Source: Eledone cirrhosa (lineage: Eukaryota). From it: DNA of 64,000 nucleotides. Each line of letters opens with the position of its first letter. Position 1 is the stretch's first letter. Positions 55,435 through 64,000 of this stretch are shown piece after piece. The position numbers and the translations under genes were made by a program. The DNA lies in the NCBI GenBank assembly GCA_964016885.1, contig OZ024743.1, positions 55,490,001-55,554,000 of the forward strand, written 5' to 3'. The notes below the pieces were generated by a model. It did no database searches. It was given only the letters and a program-made list of their open reading frames with translations, and was not told the DNA's origin.

Positions 55435-56578
55435 TATATTCGTGTACAGATATTTTTGCATAAACAACAACAAAATATAAACAAACGTATTTACTTCACG
55501 AAATCACAGACGGCTTATCGTCATTGTTACTGCCGATATGCCACCCAAAAAGTCCTAGCCTGGCCGCAAGATCAGATTTTCCAGAAGAAAAAATGTTACT
55601 AGAGCAAAAGAGAGACTAAGCTTCGCGATTACCATCAACAAAGTTCAGGGTCAAACCCTAAAAGTGGCTGGCCTTCATCTGGGAAAACCATGGTCAATTG
55701 TATGTAGGATGCTCTAGGGCGAGCTAAGGAAGAGGAGAGGACGGAGAGAAGGAGAAAAGAAACCTACAATGAAAGAACATCTTAAAGTTTACCCAAGCCA
55801 AATGTTGTATTTATTAACATTTCTATCTGCAGGTTCTTAGCAAGTTTACTGGTACTTTAGTATGGTATTCAATTCTCATATCGTTTTTGATTGATATGGT
55901 GCATATATCGCAGCTATTCATATGTTTTAAACATTAGATAACGATTGCTGATATATATTGTACAACAGAATTAGCTGAAAAATATTTTGAATGAACAAAT
56001 AAAAGAGATATAAAAGAGAGATGTTTGTTGGTTGGTTCCTTCGAAAAATACGAAAAGTGACAATCGGAAAGTATGTACAGAATTGGGATAAGAGTATATC
56101 CAGGAAAGTTTATTGATACTAATTTTATAACACCAAAGAAGAAGAAAGACATACCACGTATGCTAACCAACCTGACAGCTATTTCTAGCAGGTTGGGAAT
56201 CAACTATAAGGGATTCTCTCTGCGAGTTCGTTGTCAGTGATGATCGTCTTTCGCGGCCTATGTCTCCGATTCCAACGGTGGTTTACATACACACACCCCC
56301 GCGCGCGCGCACACGCACACATACGAACACTCACAGAGGCACACACGCACACACATATATATACACACGCACACATATATACACACACACACACACACAT
56401 ATAAATATATATACACACGCACGAATACTCACACGCACACATATATATATACACAAACACACACAAACATATACACACACACTGTTAACAAGACAATGCA
56501 TTCAATGCAGACGTTTTCTCTTCTGCCGGTCTTTTATTACCATTTGTTAACCTTGGCGAAGCTGGGTACCTCAGCTAG
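54985..56578 (+). mobile_element. Deleted Helitron with a Pif1-type helicase remnant (about 55610-55720)
   Basis: Manual translation RLSFAITINKVQGQTLKVAGLHL..GQLYVGCSR (helicase motifs V/VI). 3' end ccttggcgaagctggg..CTAG|T. The 5' boundary is uncertain. Confidence 0.75.
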
Positions 56579-57570
56579 TATATATATATATACGCATACA
56601 TATATTTATGTGTATGTGTGTGTGTTTGTATTTATGTGTGTGACATGTTATGATATGATATGATGTGATATATGATATAATATAATATGATGTATCTGTC
56701 CGTCGCTGTGATGATGCTGCGCCTGTCTGTGGTGGTTGTTATGGTGGGAGTAGTGGGATATCATATCTGTATGTTGCTGTAATAGGGTGTTGTAAGAAAA
56801 AAAAAAAAGAGGGGCCAACATTAGCTTCGCTGCCCAAATAGATTAACTTTTCGTTTGTGTAAAAGACGGGTAGTTGTTTAAGACAGATAGAGTTAGGTTA
56901 TTTCTGACACTACTGCCAAAGTTTTAATGGGATTTTATTATTTTTTTTATGATAGTGTGATATTTTATTTTGATATCTGTTATACATAAACATATTATGT
57001 CAACTATATTTTACAAACAGAAATTATACAGTGGTGGAAATATTAAAAAAGATAAAAAGAAAATTAAGTAATGAAAAAAAAACGAGTGGGAGGTAAAGAA
57101 GGGCAGATCTGGCTGTATGGGAAAGTAGAGGAAAGAACTATCAATGCCATAAATGTAAAGAAAAGGAAAGAAAGAGCAAGGACCACCAGACAATGGAAGA
57201 AAGAAAATGGGAAGGAGAGAGGGTAGAAGACTCTGTGCCTATGTCGAAGCGGTGTTTCAACATAGATATGGATTAAAACGAACTGTCACTCTGCTAAACA
57301 TTCCAACTTTTCTCACAACACCCCAAAATTATAAACTATTCTTGAAATATTACAGGATTGTTGACAAGTAGAATTTAGAGAAAAAAAAGCAACTAGCAAA
57401 CTACTACTACTACTACTGCTGCTACTACTACTGATGCTGCTGCTGCTGATGATGGTGATGATGATGATGATGCAGCTGCTGATGATGCTGCTACTGATGC
57501 TGCTGATGCTGTTACAACAACAACAATAAGTACTACTACTACAGTAGTAGTAGTAGTAGTAGTAGTAGTA

Positions 57571-59592
57571 ATTTCATTTATTGGTCACCAGGGCCAACAT
57601 ATAGCGAACAATACAATAGACAGAGACACTGGGTGTTTACATATACAACGTGTAAAAAGTATAACAATAACAAAATAACAAGAAAAAATACAACAATAAA
57701 AATTCCCCAATAACCACCCAGGGTTGACTCAGGTACACCACCAATCCTGAATGACCCGACGCCTCGTGGGCACCCAGGAAGGACACTCCTCTCCTCAAAT
57801 TCATCAGCCTACAGGCGCCTGATCAGAGTAGGCCCACTCACACGGGCCATTCTCGCCACATTCACCCACTTTTTAGCAAATGTACTGGGCGGGGGGGCAG
57901 CACTTCTCTCTCCACCCTCACCTTCCTTTCCAAACTTGGAAATGTCGATGAGGGATTGGCTGAAAAGAAAAGTCTCTGTCTTCAGGCCTTTCAACCTGGT
58001 CCAACATACAACCTCTTTCGCTACTGTCACCAACAAAGGGGAAAATTGCCTGCCCTTCCTGGCGGTGGGGTCAATCTTCACTATGGACTCGGCCGATAGC
58101 CGGATCCGTTCTACACACGACAACAGCTGTTCGACATAACTCCACAAGTCAGTAATGCACAGACACTCGACGAATGCGTGCAGAACGGTTTCGTTGCCCC
58201 GCGTGCATCTCGTACAGGCCCATCTGACAGCATTTCCGAGCCTGTAGAGTTTATCTCGAACCGGCAGTGCCCCCGGTAGCACTGCCAAGCGAGGGATTTC
58301 TGGAAGTTATCCATCGTCCCCGGCTCGAATGTCTTCCGGAACAGACATTCCCACCTCTAATCATCTATAGAACTCGAGAGTGGAAGTTCCACTAACCGTA
58401 TTGCCCGCCTGGTAGAGGGCAGTGAGTGCCTGGCAACATTCCAGATGCCAGTCACCCAGTCTCGGTCTCTTCTTGACTCAGGATTGCAGCTCAGTCAAAA
58501 AGACGAGTTGCAGAAAGGCCCGTCTGACAAACGGCGACCACACCTGTTCACCGTTTAGACAGAATATCTGGAGATGCCGCAGCCTCAGTGCATATTTGCG
58601 CCTCCCCAACCAAATCCTCGACGACAAATGCCAACCTCTTGCCAAAATCTTAAACTTTGTGTTGAGCAGAGTAATGGGCCTGAAGTTATCTAATATGTCC
58701 CTCTTGTTCTCGTCTTTCCATATCAGCGTCACTACGCCCCAGCTCACATAACTGGGAATACTTCCGTTCTGTTGCCAGTTGCAGTAGAGTGCTTCGAGGA
58801 AAATAAGTCTGACATATATATGTAAAGATCGTAGGGCAGACCATCCAAACCGGGTGACTTGCACCTCGTGCAGCCGACTAGGGCATCCTAAATTTCGGCT
58901 AAAGTCATTGGCCTTTCACAGCACTCACATCTGCCGGAAAGAATCGCTGCAGGCCGTCTCCGACCCCCCCCCCCCCCCCCATGTGAGCCCTCTTCCCCCA
59001 AGAGTCGTGCAAAGTGCTGGCGAAAGACCGCATATATCTGTCTGGAAGTGTCCAGCACGAGTTCGTCTCAGTCCGTCAAAGCCCAAATATTGGTTTTGTT
59101 CCAACTCTGCGCCTCCGCCACACGGCCCCATCGAACTTCTTTCGTTCCCTGTTTTAGTAGATCACGCACCTTAGCTCTGACAATACAACCTTCATATTTC
59201 GCATTGAAGAAATGGTCTGATGCCATTTCGCCGCTAACATGTCGGTTGCAATGGCCCTACTAATCGCCTCTTCCAATTTAGCTACCAGCTCCCGCTCCTT
59301 TGCATTTTTTTTTGTATTACTACTTCTTTGCTAAATGCTATCACTACTATTCTAATCTCTCTCTTGAGAGAACCCCGCCCCATCCACACCTGTTCTTGAC
59401 GACACCCCCGTTAATTTACGCTCAACCAATGTGGTGACCCGGTCTCTGTAGGCTTTACAGTTCGGAAATGACGAGTTAAGCTTCCAGTGACAAGGTCCTT
59501 GTCTGCATGTTCTATCTAAGTCGAGCGTGCAAACCACAAATTTGTGATCTGAATAGGCGACCGTTAAGAATTGTGGACAACTTATGCTGTCT
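57571..59592 (-). mobile_element. Degenerate, internally deleted Tx1-like LINE
   Basis: AYSDHKFV (APE endonuclease SDH motif), HWKLNSS, NFRPITLLN..KILA, then a jump to ALRLRHLQ and GALPVRDKL..CTRC. The 3' end meets (TAC)n. Confidence 0.85.
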
Positions 59593-59808
59593 GGAAAAAT
59601 AAAAACTGGCAGCGAATTCTGAAAGCAGCAACACCCTTAACTATTACAGATATGTGATAAAGATTTTTACATAAATTTAGCTGCTACTTTAGATTATACG
59701 TCAACATATGTTTTATTTTGCCACTTGCTGCTGTTGTTGTTGTTCTTCTTCTTCTTCTTCTTCTTCTTCTTCTTCTTCTTCTTCTTCTTCTTCTTCTTCT
59801 TCTTCTTT

Positions 59809-59841
<33 letters not shown>

Positions 59842-59998
59842 CTTCTTCTTCTTCTTCTTCTTCTTCTCATTATTATATGTCAAGAAGCAATAAGACCAAT
59901 TTGTGTTGGAAATGGTGAATCATGTTCGTGGCATTGGCATACATTTTTATCTTCGCATATGATACACTTAACAGATTCCAAATATTTATGCGTATTTA

Positions 59999-60217
<219 letters not shown>

Positions 60218-61332
60218 TCATATTGTTCTATGATATTGTCCTGAAAGTACGTGGTTTAGTGGTTACGATTTTCGTCTCAGGATCGTAAGGTCGTGTGTTT
60301 GGTTATCAGCAGAACATCGTATCCTTGAGAAAACACTTAACTTCACGTTGCTCTGATTTACTCGACTTAAAAATAGTACCAGTAAAAGCAGCTGGTGACA
60401 GAGAGCCTTGATTAACCACCGAGTTTGTGATTAGTTTTTACATTTAACTCTGACATAATTACCAGCATTTTGAGTGTTGAACCAATGATGGTGTAACGTC
60501 TTGTTCAGAAGAAGTCTTGTATTCTAAGTCACTTAACGCCAATAAAATCGGGATAAGATCAGGCCTGATGAATATTAACTTTTGACCTGGCGAAAAAGAA
60601 AATAGGGTTGAACGTATACTCTTAGAAATCTTGTTGTACTCTAATGGTTCTCTAGTGGTGGCGATTAAACCTGTGATAGACTAGCGTCTTGTATATTCAA
60701 TCACTTAACGCTGATGAAATCGGGTTAAGTTCCGACCTGATGAGACTCTGGACTTGAGAAAGATTTTAACCTTTAATCTCGGAAGTCTAGTGTCACTAGT
60801 TGAAACGATATGGTACTTTATCTCTTTGAAGCCAAACAGAAACATAGAATATGTGGGATAGCGCCATTGAAATGAGGCGATAAGTTCTTTTGAAAACATT
60901 TGGTAACTGGAGATGTTGGCAACTGAAATTAACTGACATGTGACATCTACTGGAATGTATGACATACATCATCTATTGGATTCTCTAGTTGTTGGTGCGG
61001 GTAGTGAAACATGGAATGGTGATGGTCGTGGTCCAGGTTCTGGTGAGCTGGAGCTGCTTAAACAGTTGATATTACGTAGCCCCTTCCAGTTTTCTTCTTC
61101 TTCTTCTTCTTCTTCTTCTTCTTCTTCTTCTTCTTCTTCTTCTTCTTCTTCTTCTTCTTCTTCTTCTTCTTCTTCTTCTTCTTCTTCTTCTTCGCCAACA
61201 CCATCATCATCGTCATCACCAGCACAACCACTACACCTTCATCATCATCACCATCATACTCCTCAATCCAATCCCATGTTGTCGTCGTTTCCTCCTCCTC
61301 CTCCTCCTCCTCCTCCTCCTTCTTCTTCTTCT

Positions 61333-62330
61333 TGGAAACTGGAATGTGTCCAGGCGCTCACTGCCCTCTCCCAGTTGGGCACCAGTATCGGTGGAACATC
61401 CACCTCGGCGTTCTATAGAGGACTAGTGAGGGGAAGAGCGACGACATTCTCGGAGAGATCCTGGGCGTCGAAGAAGATCAGCTGTTTGCTCTCTTCCGGA
61501 GAACTTTCAGCCCGGGGCCTATGGATAACTTCCAAAAATCCCTGGCCTGGCAGTGCTACCGGGGAGCGCTGCCGGTTCGAGATAAGCTCTACAGGCACGG
61601 AAATGCCGTCAGCCGAGCCTGTCCGAGATGCGCGCATAGCGACGAAACCGTTGTGCACGCACTCGTTCAGTGTCCGAGCATTGCTGACTTGTGGAGCTAT
61701 GTCGAACAGTTGCTGTCACGTGTGGGACTGATCCGGTTGTCGACTGAGTCCATTGTGCAGATGGTCTCGCCGTCTTCCTTCGAGGAGGAAGGGCAGCCGC
61801 TTTTCATCTGCCTGGTGGCCATGGCGAAAGAGATTGTGTGGTGGACAAGGTTAAAAGGATTAAAGACAAACACTTTCCTCTTCGGCGAATCCCTGATTAA
61901 CTTTTTCAAGTTTCACTTGAAGAGGAAAATCAGGGTGGAGAGGCAAGTGCTGCTTTCTAGCAAGTTTGTTGAAAGGTGGGTGAATGTAGCGAGAATGGTC
62001 CGAGTGAACGGGACCACTCTGAATATACGTCTGTAGTTTGAGAGATGGAAAAATTGAGAGAGAGCGCTTGCCCTGGTAGTCAGCGTGGCCGTGGTCTTTT
62101 GTGTGGTTTTCGCCACGAGTAACTCTCGGAGGTTTCCCCCCTATTGGGGAATTTTTCATTGTTTCAATTTTCATTTTATTGTTTATATATATATATCTTT
62201 TATGTCTTTTTTTTCTTCTTTTCTTATATAAATAATAAAAATATTTACACGCACAAAACCCACATCGTACCGTCCTGTTCCGTCTGTGATGTTTTTCTTG
62301 ATGTCAGCCCTTGTGGCCAATAAAGAAATC
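61333..62330 (+). mobile_element. 3' portion of a Tx1-like LINE ending in (ATT)n
   Basis: ORF 61521-62036 (AWQCYRGALPVRDKL..CPRC..HALVQC), then 3' UTR and AATAAA. Confidence 0.88.
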
Positions 62331-62369
62331 ATTATTATTATTATTATTATTATTATTGTTGTTATTACT

Positions 62370-64000
62370 CTTTGAGTCTCAGTCATTGATGTTAGTTAAC
62401 TGGAAAGTTTGTTGAAATGAATATCAAGCCACTACTTGCAGCCTCAGATATTCAGGACGTATCGGAGGGTTCTTGCTGTTCCCAGCAAGCATGCCTTTTG
62501 AAGCGTTCCAAAAAGCGTGACGGGGTCAATTTTCTTTAACCATCCCTGGAAACTTTTTGAGATTGTCCCTAGTGCGCCTATGACAATCGGGATCACTTTG
62601 ACTTCATGGCAGTTCCAAATCCTTTTTACCTCCCACTTTAAGTCCTGGTATCGGTTAATTTTCTCCCTCTCCTTCTCTTGCACTCTCGTGTCGAATGGGC
62701 AGGCCACATCCACAATCAGGCACGATCTTTTTTCTTTGTCCACAACCACCAGGTCAGGTCTATTGTGTTCTAGTTTCTTGTCCGTCTGTATCCTAAAATC
62801 CCACAGCACCTTCACCTGATCGTTTTCTATCACCGCCTCTGGCTTATGCTCATACCACTTCTGAGAATGTGGTAAATTGTTTACTTTGCATAGGTGCCAG
62901 TGGATCACCCTGCTCATCACATCATGTCTCCAGCCCTTATAGTGAGTCTGGGCTAGGTGTTTACAATCGGATACAACGTGAGCCACAGTCTTCCTCTCTC
63001 TCCACAGATCCTGCACAGTGGGCTAGCCTCCTCCTTATAAATATTGTATTTCAACTACTTCGTTTTGAGGGCCTGCTCCTGCGCAGCCATTAACATTCCT
63101 TCTGTAGCCTTTTTAAGGTCTCCTCTTTTCAACCAGTTCCATGTCTGTGGATCTCTAAATTCAGTTTTCTCAAAGAAGGTAATATGAAGGGATTTTTCCT
63201 GAAGGCTGCTCTTTCTCCTTGATGTTATTTCCTCCTTGGACATCCCCTGGCCTATTGTCCCTTCCTTCAGTACAGTTCTGAGCATCGGCTCCTTACTATC
63301 AGTCACGTATTTGTGTAGGTTGGTTTTCTCCATCTGAACACATTCCTCTATGCTGATAAGACCTCTTCCACCCTCAGATCTCCTTAAGTAGAGTCTATCG
63401 ACATCACTCCTCCTGTGGAACATGTTGTAGATAATCAATAGCTTCCTAGTCTTCCTATCCATTTCTTTCTGTTCAGCAACATTCCATCTCAGAATTCCCG
63501 CACTGTACCTAATAATAGACACAGCTCGGGAATTTACTGCACTTATGGCATTCCTACTGTTCAGATTGACTTTAATACGCTCCTTATTCTCCGAATGTAT
63601 TCAGTTCTTCTCAATTCCTTCATTTTTTTGTTCTTCATGTCATCAGCCTCCAGAACACCCAAATACTTGTATCCTTCTTCAGAGTCAATTTCCTTTATCA
63701 TCTCACCTGTTGGTACCTGGATTCCGTTACTTCTGCTCAATTTACCCCTCTTCATCACTAGGACTCCACACTTACTAATACCAAATTGCATACATATATC
63801 ACTGCTGAAAATACGGAGAGTGTCAACAAGTACATCCAACTCCTTCTCACTCTTCTCGAAGAGCTTAAGATCGTCCATGAAGAGGAGGTGATTGATGGTA
63901 AGCCCTCCCTTTCCCAACCTGTATCCTGCTCTCACTTTTCGCAGTACACTGGTCAGGGGCATCAAGGACAAACAACAGAGGGGACAGACTATCTCCCTGG
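62370..64000 (-). mobile_element. R4/Dong-type non-LTR retrotransposon with restriction-like endonuclease, frameshifted, running off the window
   Basis: INHLLFMDDLKL, YKYLG, SEGGRGL, AAQEQAL, CCHC remnant (HVVSDC), RHD and RPDLVVVD..IVDVACP (PD-D/ExK). The short 3' UTR ends in (TAA)n. Confidence 0.9.

Noticed and set aside
60940-61731. 263-aa ORF
   Set aside because: A chimera of unique sequence, (TTC)/(CAT)/(CCT) repeats and an off-frame Tx1 fragment.

Overview
AT-rich, microsatellite-saturated eukaryotic DNA with no recognisable host protein-coding gene. The SINE and repeat content looks cephalopod, probably Octopus (inference). Most ORF-track entries are translated (TA)n/(CA)n/(GA)n/(GATA)n arrays. 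The real content is transposable elements. (1) Three families of Penelope-like retroelements with Naiad-type motifs (RT + CxC-x5-C finger + C-terminal GIY-YIG): one near-intact copy at 10004-14497 and one full-length decayed copy at 31142-38630. (2) Tx1/L1-clade LINE fragments in microsatellites, an R4/Dong-type RLE LINE and an RTE remnant. (3) Helitrons, several MITEs and many tRNA-derived SINEs. Reading by eye gives about 18 type-I hammerhead ribozyme motifs of about 9 sequence types, many in ORF-less fold-back units. The most striking case is the family-B pLTR, which holds two hammerheads with complementary defects: intact core with uncleavable GUG, and broken core with cleavable GUA. They could act as a split enzyme/substrate ribozyme. 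Other notable motifs are a hammerhead with a 91-nt branched stem II and a U3-A8 core variant at an element's 3' end. All coordinates and folds were read manually and are approximate.
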